Shown piece after piece: positions 1-8,662 of a stretch of DNA of 64,000 bases. The translations under genes were made by a program, and so were the position numbers. Source of the DNA: a virus; the IMG/VR virus record IMGVR_UViG_3300034096_001618, positions 1 through 64,000 of that record. The stretch is one strand, 5' to 3'. A model generated the notes under the pieces. The model worked only from the letters and a program-made list of their open reading frames with translations, searched no databases and had not been told where the DNA came from. Numbering within the stretch: position 1 is the first letter of the stretch; every line of letters starts with the position of its first letter.

Positions 1-261
1 ATGAATCAACAATTTAACAGGCCTAAATCTGATGAAAAAAAATCTGATATACTTAAGCAACTTTCATCTATGGAGCCTATATGCAGGAAAATAGATGATT
101 GGATAAAAGAATATGGTCAGTTGGTGATAGCATCGACAAATGAAAAATTGACTGATAAGTGGATGAAAAATTTATCTATAGCATCAAGGTGGTTGGGCAT
201 TGAAATTAATTCAAAGGTGATAAATTTCCATGGTCATCAGTTGCATGTTCTGAAAAAATAA
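1..261 (+). CDS. hypothetical protein (possibly 5'-truncated by window edge)
   Basis: ORF track; abuts the SD (aagga) of the next gene. Confidence 0.6.
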   Translation: MNQQFNRPKSDEKKSDILKQLSSMEPICRKIDDWIKEYGQLVIASTNEKLTDKWMKNLSIASRWLGIEINSKVINFHGHQLHVLKK

Positions 262-269
262 AGGAACAC

Positions 270-581
270 ATGAAAAGTTACCAAGAATATTTAGCCGAAA
301 ATAATTTGATTAATGAGGCTGCGGCAAAGAAAACACCTGCGGCAAAGAAAAAAGAAGCTGCTAAAAAAGACAAAAGCAGCAACAGAATTAAATGTATACA
401 AGAAATTGTTGATGAATTAAAATCAACTTTTAAAAATTACGATCTTTTCACCAGAAAATTTGTTTGGGAAAAGTTAAATTCGAGTAAAGGCAAGGATTTG
501 ATTCACAAAATGATTCAAAATCCCACATCGTATTTGAGTAAGAGTCCATTTACGCAGCTTGTGACTGGTGATGAAAAATAA
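270..581 (+). CDS. putative internal head protein with capsid-targeting sequence
   Basis: N-terminus MKSYQEYLAE is nearly identical to the T4 IP CTS MKTYQEFIAE; LINE is a candidate prohead protease site; K/A-rich. Confidence 0.7.
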   Translation: MKSYQEYLAENNLINEAAAKKTPAAKKKEAAKKDKSSNRIKCIQEIVDELKSTFKNYDLFTRKFVWEKLNSSKGKDLIHKMIQNPTSYLSKSPFTQLVTGDEK

Positions 582-583
582 TA

Positions 584-612
584 TTGACAGTTTATGTTTA
601 TTGGGATATTGT
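584..612 (+). promoter_or_regulatory. sigma70-type (early) promoter
   Basis: TTGACA-17 nt-TATTGT upstream of the gene at 652. Confidence 0.6.
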
Positions 613-651
613 AAATTAACGCACGATTTGTGTGCGTCGAGGATTTTGGTT

Positions 652-999
652 ATGAAAAAGATGCTTTTTGCTTTTGCTGTTGTTGCATTTTTTGGTCTGG
701 ATGCTCAGGCTGGTATTTTCAACAAGAAATGCCAAAATTGCAGCACTAAGCGAGTTGGTTTATTTGTGAAGAAGTGTGAATCTTGTCCTTCTTCTTGCAC
801 TTCTTGCGCTAGTTCGACGGCGACTGCTGCCAAGACTCAAGCTGCTGCTCCAAAGAAAGTTGAAGCGCCTTCTCCTGTAAAGGTTGCTGCTGCCAAGGCT
901 CAAGCTGCTGCTCCAAAGAAAGTTGAAGCGCCTTCTGCTGTAAAGGAAAAGGCTCCTGTTAAGGCGGCTAAGAAAATTGTTTCGCCTGCACAAAACTAA
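652..999 (+). CDS. secreted Cys-rich protein with Ala/Lys/Pro tail
   Basis: Start moved to ATG 652 (SD gagga); signal peptide MKKMLFAFAVVAFFGLDAQA; CxxC clusters; AAAPKK repeats. Confidence 0.75.
   Translation: MKKMLFAFAVVAFFGLDAQAGIFNKKCQNCSTKRVGLFVKKCESCPSSCTSCASSTATAAKTQAAAPKKVEAPSPVKVAAAKAQAAAPKKVEAPSAVKEKAPVKAAKKIVSPAQN
825..946 (+). repeat. 63-bp near-perfect coding tandem duplication
   Basis: AAK(T/A)QAAAPKKVEAPS(P/A)VK occurs twice. Confidence 0.85.
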
Positions 1000-1012
1000 G
1001 TTTATTTTTAGT

Positions 1013-1369
1013 TTAATTTGAACCCAAGGAATTTTTTTCTTTGGGTTCTTTTTTAAATCTTTCTATTTTATTTTTTTTATCAGAAGAGCCGAGCAGATGT
1101 CCTTGTCTATATTCTTTACTTAGTGTCCATTTGATTGGTCCTAGCCATTTTCCTTTATATCCGTCCCAGTATCCACGCATAAATTGTTTTGATTTTTCAT
1201 CTTCTTTTGATTCTGGGTTAGTTGGTTTATTTATATTTTCTTTTTCAATAATTTCAATTTGTTCTTCTGTGGGTTCAAAATCAGCAGTTGGAACGTCATC
1301 AAATTTTGCTAATATGATTGCTCCGATTAAAAACAATAGTAATAAAATAGCTAGAAAATATTTATTCAT
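1013..1369 (-). CDS. membrane-anchored hypothetical protein
   Basis: N-terminal hydrophobic helix; TAAATA 4 nt upstream of ATG. Confidence 0.7.
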   Translation of the reverse strand: MNKYFLAILLLLFLIGAIILAKFDDVPTADFEPTEEQIEIIEKENINKPTNPESKEDEKSKQFMRGYWDGYKGKWLGPIKWTLSKEYRQGHLLGSSDKKNKIERFKKEPKEKNSLGSN

Positions 1370-1398
1370 AATTTATTTATGCTTCAATATATAAAATA

Positions 1399-1650
1399 AT
1401 GAATTTTAAAAAATGGCTTTATAATCTAGAAGAAATGTGGTCAGCCAAAGGCAAGGGACATGCTTTTTCGCCAAACACCACTAGTAAACCTGCTGCTAAA
1501 CCGCATCCATCTCCCAAAGATCCTACGCCGAGGTCATTGGCGGGAGAGTTAAAGAAATGTGGTCAAGGTGGTGGACCGGGACCGTGTGATGGTGGAGGTG
1601 GAGGTGGAACAGCACCGGCAGCGGCACCAGCAGCAGCGCCAGCAGGTTGA
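1399..1650 (+). CDS. small CTS-bearing low-complexity protein
   Basis: MNFKKWLYNLEE N-terminus; G/P/A-rich tail; TATATA 5 nt upstream of ATG. Confidence 0.7.
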   Translation: MNFKKWLYNLEEMWSAKGKGHAFSPNTTSKPAAKPHPSPKDPTPRSLAGELKKCGQGGGPGPCDGGGGGGTAPAAAPAAAPAG

Positions 1651-1652
1651 TG

Positions 1653-2000
1653 TTAATTTATCCAATCATCAAAATCAGAAAAAGGGCCGTTAAAAACCAA
1701 TAATAAATTATCATTGTTGATTTTCTTTTCGATGCTTGTGATGAAAAAATCATAAATCAAGGTGGTATTTTTTTTATCTTGTTTTAAAATTACGCAAAGT
1801 TGAGAGTTATATTTTTCAAGTTTTGCATATTCCGATATTGCAAAAAACATATTATTTATAATTTTACCTGTCTTACGGCACATTGTTTGATCTATTTGGA
1901 AATCGAATGTTTTTATTTGTGGTAAGATTAATTGCCAAGTGAGTGAGCATCTGAGTTCAATCGTGCTTTCAAACAGTTCTTTTTGCAATGGAATATTCAT
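1653..2000 (-). CDS. hypothetical protein
   Basis: ORF fills the gap, co-oriented with its neighbour. Confidence 0.55.
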   Translation of the reverse strand: MNIPLQKELFESTIELRCSLTWQLILPQIKTFDFQIDQTMCRKTGKIINNMFFAISEYAKLEKYNSQLCVILKQDKKNTTLIYDFFITSIEKKINNDNLLLVFNGPFSDFDDWIN

Positions 2001-2017
2001 TCAAATTGAATATCATA

Positions 2018-2590
2018 TTAGTCAAAAAATTGCAACATGCAATTTGGAATTTTTGGTGCAACATATTTTAGCAATTTAAATGCGCCTTTGTTGTTGAAAA
2101 TAATTTCATGCCGATTTCTGCATTGATGTGCGGTGCAATCGCAATCTAAAGAGTTGAAATATTCTGCTATAATTTTAGTACCTTCTTCGCCAAATTTATG
2201 TGTTCTAAGGTAAGCTTTTCTTTTACTTTTTCTGCCAGCGTCTAAGAACCAAGTCATCCAAGCTTCATCGGTTAATATTTCTAAAATTTCACGAGTAACA
2301 ATTTTTTCACCTTCTTTATAAAATTGTTTATAAATTTGATTAAAAACTGGATATGCTATGCTGTAGCATCTATGGGTATTTTTATCTTGTTTTATTGTGC
2401 TGTCGTCTAATTTAAAAAATTCAGAAAAAATTTCCACTTTATATTTTAGCCAAATTTTATTGCTGTCACGCATTGCCAGATAGCAATTTTTGCCTCTTTC
2501 TGGTTTTATGATAGAAGATCCTCCTAAAATTGTTCCATATAAAGTTTGTTTTTGTTGTTCTTTTAGGATTGGTCCATTTTGATAAGTCAT
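2018..2590 (-). CDS. LAGLIDADG-family (LAGLIDADG_2-like) protein, catalytic motifs degenerate
   Basis: LYGTILGGSS and WMTWFLDAG correspond to G.LLGDG and W.MDDG; FYKEGEK.V and L.T..F motifs. Confidence 0.7.
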   Translation of the reverse strand: MTYQNGPILKEQQKQTLYGTILGGSSIIKPERGKNCYLAMRDSNKIWLKYKVEIFSEFFKLDDSTIKQDKNTHRCYSIAYPVFNQIYKQFYKEGEKIVTREILEILTDEAWMTWFLDAGRKSKRKAYLRTHKFGEEGTKIIAEYFNSLDCDCTAHQCRNRHEIIFNNKGAFKLLKYVAPKIPNCMLQFFD

Positions 2591-2702
2591 GATTACACCT
2601 TAAGGTATATATTATTTTCGCAATATTTTTCCCAGAAATTAACAAGACAATAATTTTAAAAGTATATATATATTTGTTTATTATTCAACAGGAGAAAAAA
2701 AT

Positions 2703-3266
2703 ATGGGCGCATCTACTTCACAGGGAACCGGTCCCGGTTCCGCTTCAAATATCAAACCATTGATTATCAATGGTACTGTAAAAACATTAAATATTGAGCC
2801 TAACGCTGTTACCGCAGCTGGTCTTGACAACAATGCGTTATCAAAGGCTCCAGTCGTTCTTGACACAGCAGCACAAACTATTGATTCCAGTTATGCTAAC
2901 AAGCCTTTGGTTTTCACCAGAGCAGCGGGTGTTGTCGTGACTCTTCCAGCAGCAACTGGTACTGGTGATATCTATAAGTTTTTTGTAAACACCACTGTAA
3001 CTAGCAATAGTTACAAAGTTCAGGTTGCAAATGCAACTGATGTTATTTGCGGTCTTGCATTTGGCGATGACGGCGATGGTGAACCAGCTAATGCTTGGGC
3101 ATCAGGCGCTAGTTCTGACACCATCACAATGGATGGTAGCACACAGGGTGGTCTTAAAGGTGACAGCATTGAAATTATCGACGTAGCGACTGGTCTTTTC
3201 TCATGCAAAGTATTCATTACTCAGACTGGCACTGAAGCTACTCCTTTCAGCGCAGCAGTTTCTTAA
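2703..3266 (+). CDS. virion structural/decoration-like beta-rich protein
   Basis: T/G/A-rich; VTLPAATG motif; SD ggag; TATATA upstream. Confidence 0.6.
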   Translation: MGASTSQGTGPGSASNIKPLIINGTVKTLNIEPNAVTAAGLDNNALSKAPVVLDTAAQTIDSSYANKPLVFTRAAGVVVTLPAATGTGDIYKFFVNTTVTSNSYKVQVANATDVICGLAFGDDGDGEPANAWASGASSDTITMDGSTQGGLKGDSIEIIDVATGLFSCKVFITQTGTEATPFSAAVS

Positions 3267-3317
3267 CTATAATTCCTTGGTATTTGTTATCAAGACATTT
3301 TTATTTTGGAGTTATTG

Positions 3318-3650
3318 ATGGGTGCTACAACCACTCAAGGTACAGGGCCGGGATCGGCTACTGAAAAAACTAAAAAAACTGAGTACCATAGTCTTGGGGT
3401 CAACAAACTTGTTGGCCCCAAGATCGTTTTTTGTAGTCAAGTATTGTTAGAAGGGAAAACAGGATTGGTTTATATTCCATCTCAGTGTGGACAAGTTTCT
3501 GATTATTGTATTTTTTTGACGAATAACAGTTCAAATCACGCATTCATTTCTAGTCCTCTCACATCAATTCCAAACTCAGAAGAATGGAGATTTGGTGTCA
3601 CTGCTGGGGACAATGATATCGTTAATTTTATGATTAGTAAAATAGGCTAG
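3318..3650 (+). CDS. structural-like protein sharing the MGAxTxQGTGPGSA N-terminus with the upstream gene
   Basis: Start moved to ATG 3318 (SD ggag); shared 14-aa motif. Confidence 0.65.
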   Translation: MGATTTQGTGPGSATEKTKKTEYHSLGVNKLVGPKIVFCSQVLLEGKTGLVYIPSQCGQVSDYCIFLTNNSSNHAFISSPLTSIPNSEEWRFGVTAGDNDIVNFMISKIG

Positions 3651-4210
3651 TCTTCATCTTTTGGCTTAAAAAACTTAATGTTTTTATCTGCCCATTCGAT
3701 TGCCATATGTGAACCCCTGCTTAGCAATCCGACTAATTGAGTTGGATTACCACTTCCTTCTATGGCGATATTGTCTCTTTCTGCGTTTTCGATCCAGACA
3801 AGAGCGAATACAAGACCTGTTCTTTGTTTTAGTTCAGATGCCATTTGACGAATTGTTAAAAGAGAAAGATCTGGCAGGCCCATTTCTTTGTGTTTAGCTT
3901 TTTTTAAATCACCATTATTTTCTAAAATGTTAGCAAGTTTTTTTTGAAGCATTTTAATTGTTTCTTCTTTTTTTAAAAATTCAATTACCAATTGATATGA
4001 ATAATCTTTTGGATCTTTTTGATTAGCTAAAACCAAAATATTGCAAGGATAATATTCTTTTATTTCAGATATTTGATTAGAAATAACATTTAAGGTTGAC
4101 TCATTATTGAGTTTGAAGTGAATCCAAGACTGATCTGCACTTGTGTCTATTAGATTGAAACCCTCAAATTTATTGAGAGTTTTAACAAGACTATCGAATT
4201 CCTTTTCCAT
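3647..4210 (-). CDS. hypothetical protein
   Basis: ORF translationally coupled (TAATG) to the upstream gene; SD ggagg. Confidence 0.7.
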   Translation of the reverse strand: MEKEFDSLVKTLNKFEGFNLIDTSADQSWIHFKLNNESTLNVISNQISEIKEYYPCNILVLANQKDPKDYSYQLVIEFLKKEETIKMLQKKLANILENNGDLKKAKHKEMGLPDLSLLTIRQMASELKQRTGLVFALVWIENAERDNIAIEGSGNPTQLVGLLSRGSHMAIEWADKNIKFFKPKDED

Positions 4211-4743
4211 TACTCCTCCAAAATACCATTATGGTGAAGAGAATTTACAAGTTTTATAAGATGTTTGCACATTCCGGGCATTTCTAATGGATTAGAAGAA
4301 CCCGGATTTATCTTCGCTTCATATTTCTTTCTTACTCTACCGTATAAAGACCTGTCCCTATGGTCTTCAAAGTTAAAACGCCATTTGAAGTCATTGCACT
4401 CGCAACGAAGGACAACCTCTTTTTTAAGATTTAATTTTTCAAAGAAAAACTTTTGACCATTGCTTGCAATCATTTCTGCCCAATTTTCGTTTTTTGAATT
4501 GTGATAAATCACATTCTTAAACAATATCATTGGACGATATTCAGTCTCGTTTTGTTCATTTTTAGCTAATCCTTTTATGAATAAAGTTCTTACGCCTTGA
4601 AAAGGAGTAGCAGAAATATATGCAATTTTTATTTCATCAATTGCATATTGACGCTTCCTAGTTTTAGGAAAAGCAAGAACAGTACTTGTGTAAAGTCCAT
4701 TTAAATTTGACTCATTAATATTGAGCCAATCGTAGAATTTCAT
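4210..4743 (-). CDS. SWIM-type zinc-finger protein with CTS-like N-terminus
   Basis: CECNDF...MCKHL; MKFYDWLNINES. Confidence 0.7.
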   Translation of the reverse strand: MKFYDWLNINESNLNGLYTSTVLAFPKTRKRQYAIDEIKIAYISATPFQGVRTLFIKGLAKNEQNETEYRPMILFKNVIYHNSKNENWAEMIASNGQKFFFEKLNLKKEVVLRCECNDFKWRFNFEDHRDRSLYGRVRKKYEAKINPGSSNPLEMPGMCKHLIKLVNSLHHNGILEE

Positions 4744-4824
4744 GAATATATTTATGTGTTGAATTTTTTTTTTATTTAAACAAAGTACTCTATTATCTTT
4801 GTATTCGGTAATATTTGGTAATTT

Positions 4825-5130
4825 ATGAGTGAATCAAAAGAAAATAAAGATTTAATAAATCCAGAAGATCTTGGTCTTAAGCGATTTGAAGTAAAAACTC
4901 GTGTCGCTAAAGGTGGAGGTTTGGAAAATGCCATTTTTATTGGTGGCGAGCTTCTTGATTGGACTATTGATTTAAATAGTTTGATGGAAGCGTATAAACT
5001 TGGTCCTCATTTTGTTCGTGAAGTTCAAAAAGATATTGAAAAGCATTTTTCAGAATCTGTGTCCGATTTTATTGGTAGGAAAGTTACTACCGAGGACATT
5101 CAGAGAGCCACCAAATTAGGGTGGATTTAA
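4825..5130 (+). CDS. hypothetical protein
   Basis: ORF track, protein-like composition. Confidence 0.7.
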   Translation: MSESKENKDLINPEDLGLKRFEVKTRVAKGGGLENAIFIGGELLDWTIDLNSLMEAYKLGPHFVREVQKDIEKHFSESVSDFIGRKVTTEDIQRATKLGWI

Positions 5131-5137
5131 TTTTCTA

Positions 5138-5179
5138 GTGTCATAGCCCTGATGGGAGGTGATATCAGTTTAATGACAC
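5138..5179 (+). ncRNA. candidate structured RNA: hairpin with GGAGGUGA loop
   Basis: Stems gtgtcat/atgacac and ctgatg/tatcag enclose ggaggtga; followed by a terminator. Confidence 0.4.
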
Positions 5180-5191
5180 AAAAGGAAATGA

Positions 5192-5232
5192 AAGAGGGCT
5201 GATTGGTTTGTGCCAATCAGCCCTCTTTTTTT
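5192..5232. terminator. bidirectional intrinsic terminator
   Basis: aagagggctgattgg / ccaatcagccctctt stem with T-tract, between convergent genes. Confidence 0.85.
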
Positions 5233-6910
5233 AGTTAAGCCAAGTTTTCTTTTTGTCTGAATATCTTCCTAAGATTGATTCTAAGAACTTGTCATTTTCT
5301 TTTTTTGATTCATTCATTGCTTTATTACTGCGGCGTGATTCTTTAAAATCTTGTTCAGTATGACCAAACTCTCTGAGAAATCTAGCAAATTTAAGATGAT
5401 CCGCAGGTTTTCCTGAAAAGTTAGCCATAAAAAATTCTTTGGCCTTTTCTGGTTCTTTGAATTTTTTGAAATCTCCATCAGAACCATTTCCTGATTGACC
5501 ATAAACTTCTTTTTGAATTCTATCGTTCGCTTTTTTTTCTACTGGCCTATTATATTTTTCATCATTATTTTGAACTGGTGCTGGTTGTTGTTCACCTGCT
5601 GGTGCTGCTGGTTTTTCACCTGCTTGTGCTGGCTTTTGTTCTGGGGTTGCTGGTGCTGCTGGTGCTGCTGGTGCTGGAAGTGGTTCTATACCCAAATGTT
5701 TTTGTAGATCTTTCATATAATTTAAAAATTCAGCATCAAAAGTTTGGCCACTGTCTTTGAAAAATTTATTTAAAATATCGATTTTATTTTTAACTTTAGC
5801 AATTAAAGCCGCATCTTCTTGTTGGCTTTTAATCATTACTTGTTGATTTCCTGCACCCCATTGGCCAGTTCTCATCCAGCCACCGATATTGCCAGCTTGT
5901 CTGCCTATAAATCCTGAAATGCTTGATAAAAAGTTTTCATCAAATCTTTCTTTAAGATAAATATCAAAAACATATTCTGGATTAATGCCATGATTGGCCA
6001 TTTCTTGTAAGCATTTGCGAATTTCTTTATAATTTGTTATTTTATTTTTTATTTGAAATTCATTGTAAATGTATGGGTTCATACCATTTGCATTAGATTC
6101 GACACGATTAAAAGTAATGCCAGATGGTAATTTTGAATCAACTGGCAATGCTGGAGTTGTTGCGTTTTTATTTGGCCTAGGCCCTGTCGGAAGTTTAGGA
6201 GGAGCAGGTGCGGCAGCAGGTGTAGGTGCAGCAGCAGGAGCAGCAGGAGCAGCAGGAGCGGTATTTTTACTTGAAGGGACTGCGTGAAGATCTTTCCAAA
6301 AGTCTGCGCCCTCAGGATCAGTCGTATATGATTTATTTTTAAGCATTGATATTACATGCATGAGTGTTTGGCTGAATTTTGGGTCGCCAATTTGCTGTTG
6401 CAGGCTTTGTGATGACTGATGTCTCTTAGAAAGTTCTTCTAAGGCTTGTTGTAATTCTAAAACTGATTTATGAGCATTATTGGCTTGAGCATTATTAGTT
6501 TGATCGGGATATTGGGCTTTAAGTGCATCATATTTTTTCTTAATTGAATCTAATCCACCAGAAATCCCATCTTTATGAGCCATAGCGCCGCCTAATCCGC
6601 CTAAGATAGCACCTGCACCAGCAGTTAATGGTCCTCCTAATGCGCCAACTGCTGCTCCAGCTAGACCGCCACCAATTGCACCAGTTCCAACTGCTGGCCA
6701 AAAACTCATTTCATTTATTCTTACTTCTTTTTTAATCCAATTTTCAGCTTCACTTATCAAGTACCCATGATGCTGATGAATGATTCCATCTTCACAATAC
6801 CATTCTACAAATTTAACAGGACTTATTCCGTTTAAAATCATTAATTTAAATGCTTCTTCAGCAAGTTTCATATTTTTCGTTATTGTTAAACTTTGAGAAA
6901 ATGTTCTCAT
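5231..6910 (-). CDS. putative internal/ejection protein with glycine zipper and Pro/Ala linkers
   Basis: GAIGGGLAGAAVGALGG glycine zipper after an INE site; PAAP repeats; repeated M..GI.P...Y unit. Confidence 0.65.
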   Translation of the reverse strand: MRTFSQSLTITKNMKLAEEAFKLMILNGISPVKFVEWYCEDGIIHQHHGYLISEAENWIKKEVRINEMSFWPAVGTGAIGGGLAGAAVGALGGPLTAGAGAILGGLGGAMAHKDGISGGLDSIKKKYDALKAQYPDQTNNAQANNAHKSVLELQQALEELSKRHQSSQSLQQQIGDPKFSQTLMHVISMLKNKSYTTDPEGADFWKDLHAVPSSKNTAPAAPAAPAAAPTPAAAPAPPKLPTGPRPNKNATTPALPVDSKLPSGITFNRVESNANGMNPYIYNEFQIKNKITNYKEIRKCLQEMANHGINPEYVFDIYLKERFDENFLSSISGFIGRQAGNIGGWMRTGQWGAGNQQVMIKSQQEDAALIAKVKNKIDILNKFFKDSGQTFDAEFLNYMKDLQKHLGIEPLPAPAAPAAPATPEQKPAQAGEKPAAPAGEQQPAPVQNNDEKYNRPVEKKANDRIQKEVYGQSGNGSDGDFKKFKEPEKAKEFFMANFSGKPADHLKFARFLREFGHTEQDFKESRRSNKAMNESKKENDKFLESILGRYSDKKKTWLN

Positions 6911-6927
6911 TATTACTCATTCCTCTT

Positions 6928-7713
6928 TTAATCTGGTAATTTATACTTATAATTCTGTAATTCTATTTTTACAAAAGGAATAACAGGTAAGGATCGCTTT
7001 TCTGTATATATTGGCTCTAAAGCATTATCTAACTCATCATTCCATTTTTTAAGCATTTTTATGTCAGTAAAATAAGATTGATGGTTCATCAACTGATCTT
7101 TGTGCTTTCTAATGGCCCTACATACGCCTATAACCTTAAAATCATTAACTTGGCACAAAGGCCCACCACTGTCTCCAATCATCGAATAGGCGTTAGTTCT
7201 GATCAAATCTTTGAATATTTCAGGTTTACTTGTTTTGGTCTGAGTTATTTGTCCATAATCAATCCTTGCATCATCCATCATTCCAAATCCCACATGAAAA
7301 ATATTGGTTCCCATCATTGTCTTGTGATTAAAATCTAATTCCATAACAGGCATTTTTTCATCTGATTCAAAAACTCCAATTGCTAAATCTAGATTTTCTT
7401 CTAGAGCATAAATGAACATAGGCATTGTTTTTTCTGAGTCAACTTCAGAGATATTCTTGTATTTGAATTGTTTCACCAAGAAAGGACCATTTCCTTCAAC
7501 TGTGTGTTGGGCAGTTATAAGTGCATTCCTATATTTCTGACCATGTTTTGTAGAACGAACTATAAATCCAGTTCCTCCAGTTTGATTTATTGAATCAATA
7601 ATCATAACTGTAGGATAAAGACATGATTCAAAAATCTTAAGATTTGGTTTTTCTTGAGAATAAGAAAAAAGAAGAAATAAGAAAAGACATAGAAGAGAAA
7701 TTATTTTTTTCAT
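6928..7713 (-). CDS. secreted trypsin-like serine protease (S1)
   Basis: Signal peptide; ITAQH, DLAI and GDSGGP catalytic triad motifs. Confidence 0.85.
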   Translation of the reverse strand: MKKIISLLCLFLFLLFSYSQEKPNLKIFESCLYPTVMIIDSINQTGGTGFIVRSTKHGQKYRNALITAQHTVEGNGPFLVKQFKYKNISEVDSEKTMPMFIYALEENLDLAIGVFESDEKMPVMELDFNHKTMMGTNIFHVGFGMMDDARIDYGQITQTKTSKPEIFKDLIRTNAYSMIGDSGGPLCQVNDFKVIGVCRAIRKHKDQLMNHQSYFTDIKMLKKWNDELDNALEPIYTEKRSLPVIPFVKIELQNYKYKLPD

Positions 7714-7743
7714 GCGCCCTCACTTTTTATTTAGTAGGGGCAT

Positions 7744-7778
7744 AAAAAAATCGCCCAGAATGATCTGAGCGACTTTTT
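7744..7778 (-). terminator. intrinsic terminator
   Basis: tcgcccaga/tctgagcga stem flanked by A and T tracts. Confidence 0.6.
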
Positions 7779-7796
7779 GAAAGATTTTATTTATTA

Positions 7797-8030
7797 TCAG
7801 CCATTAATCCAAGTACCACCAGAACCGTTGGTGTAGTCATCAATTTCCTGAGGAACATCGGTGAAAACTTCGCCATCGATAAGTTGAAGAACTTTGTGAT
7901 TACCAGAATCAACAGTTTCAATATAACCAGTACGCTGGAGTGAAACGCCATTGAGGATTGATGTGTCGAGTGAACCTTCGGTTCCAAGGTTAATTAATGT
8001 CGGAGTGAGAGCAAGAGTGTATGTTGCCAT
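7797..8030 (-). CDS. small putative virion protein
   Basis: Own TATATA motif, SD and terminator; codon use like the sheath gene. Confidence 0.65.
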   Translation of the reverse strand: MATYTLALTPTLINLGTEGSLDTSILNGVSLQRTGYIETVDSGNHKVLQLIDGEVFTDVPQEIDDYTNGSGGTWING

Positions 8031-8090
8031 ATTTATCCCTTTATAAAAGAGGTTTACGAATTATATATGCTGCAAAGGGCAAATTATTTA

Positions 8091-8423
8091 TCAAGTTAAA
8101 GGTTGTAAAGTAAAATTAAACCTGATTTTGCCAGAAATCGCAGAAATGTCTACGCAAACATTTCTGCTTGATCCATCAAACGAAACAATCGTCCAATTAG
8201 GATTAGTTAACAGCATTCTCCTTGGGAGTAATAATTCGTAATACACCCAAGTACGATTATTTATGTTCTTATTTATAATATTTTCAGAAACATTGGAAAG
8301 GATTATAACTTCGCCTGTTTCTACGACGATAGCCTTACTATCATCTGCTTTACTATTCAACATTGCTAAAAGGGTTGCTTTAGGCAATGTTTGTAAATTT
8401 GTACATGGTTGTGAAATAATCAT
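8091..8423 (-). CDS. hypothetical protein
   Basis: ATG 8423 with SD gag; divergent from 8452. Confidence 0.55.
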   Translation of the reverse strand: MIISQPCTNLQTLPKATLLAMLNSKADDSKAIVVETGEVIILSNVSENIINKNINNRTWVYYELLLPRRMLLTNPNWTIVSFDGSSRNVCVDISAISGKIRFNFTLQPLT

Positions 8424-8451
8424 AGTTTTTTCTCTATTACCAAAGGTATTT

Positions 8452-8661
8452 ATGAGCAATGATCAACAAAAAGAAGATTGTTATTTTTACACAGACAGTT
8501 CCTTGCCGAAAAATGAGCAGGAAATCAATATTATGTGCATGAATTGTCATAGAAAAAATCAAACAATTGGCTGGTTTTGGGAAGGATCAAAATTGGGTTA
8601 TGGTCCTTACGATTTTATTTGCAAGAAATGTGGCCATGAAGTCCATAAAAAAAGAGGTTGA
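8452..8661 (+). CDS. small zinc-ribbon protein
   Basis: Start moved to ATG 8452; CMNC...CKKC. Confidence 0.65.
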   Translation: MSNDQQKEDCYFYTDSSLPKNEQEINIMCMNCHRKNQTIGWFWEGSKLGYGPYDFICKKCGHEVHKKRG

Positions 8662-8662
8662 A

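Noticed and set aside
2018-2590. Group I intron or intein around the LAGLIDADG gene
   Set aside because: No interrupted host gene, no intein termini and no room for an intron core
2703-3340. MGxxxS/T as an N-myristoylation signal or eukaryotic virus
   Set aside because: SD sites, sigma factors and T4-like tail genes indicate a bacteriophage; bacteria lack canonical NMT
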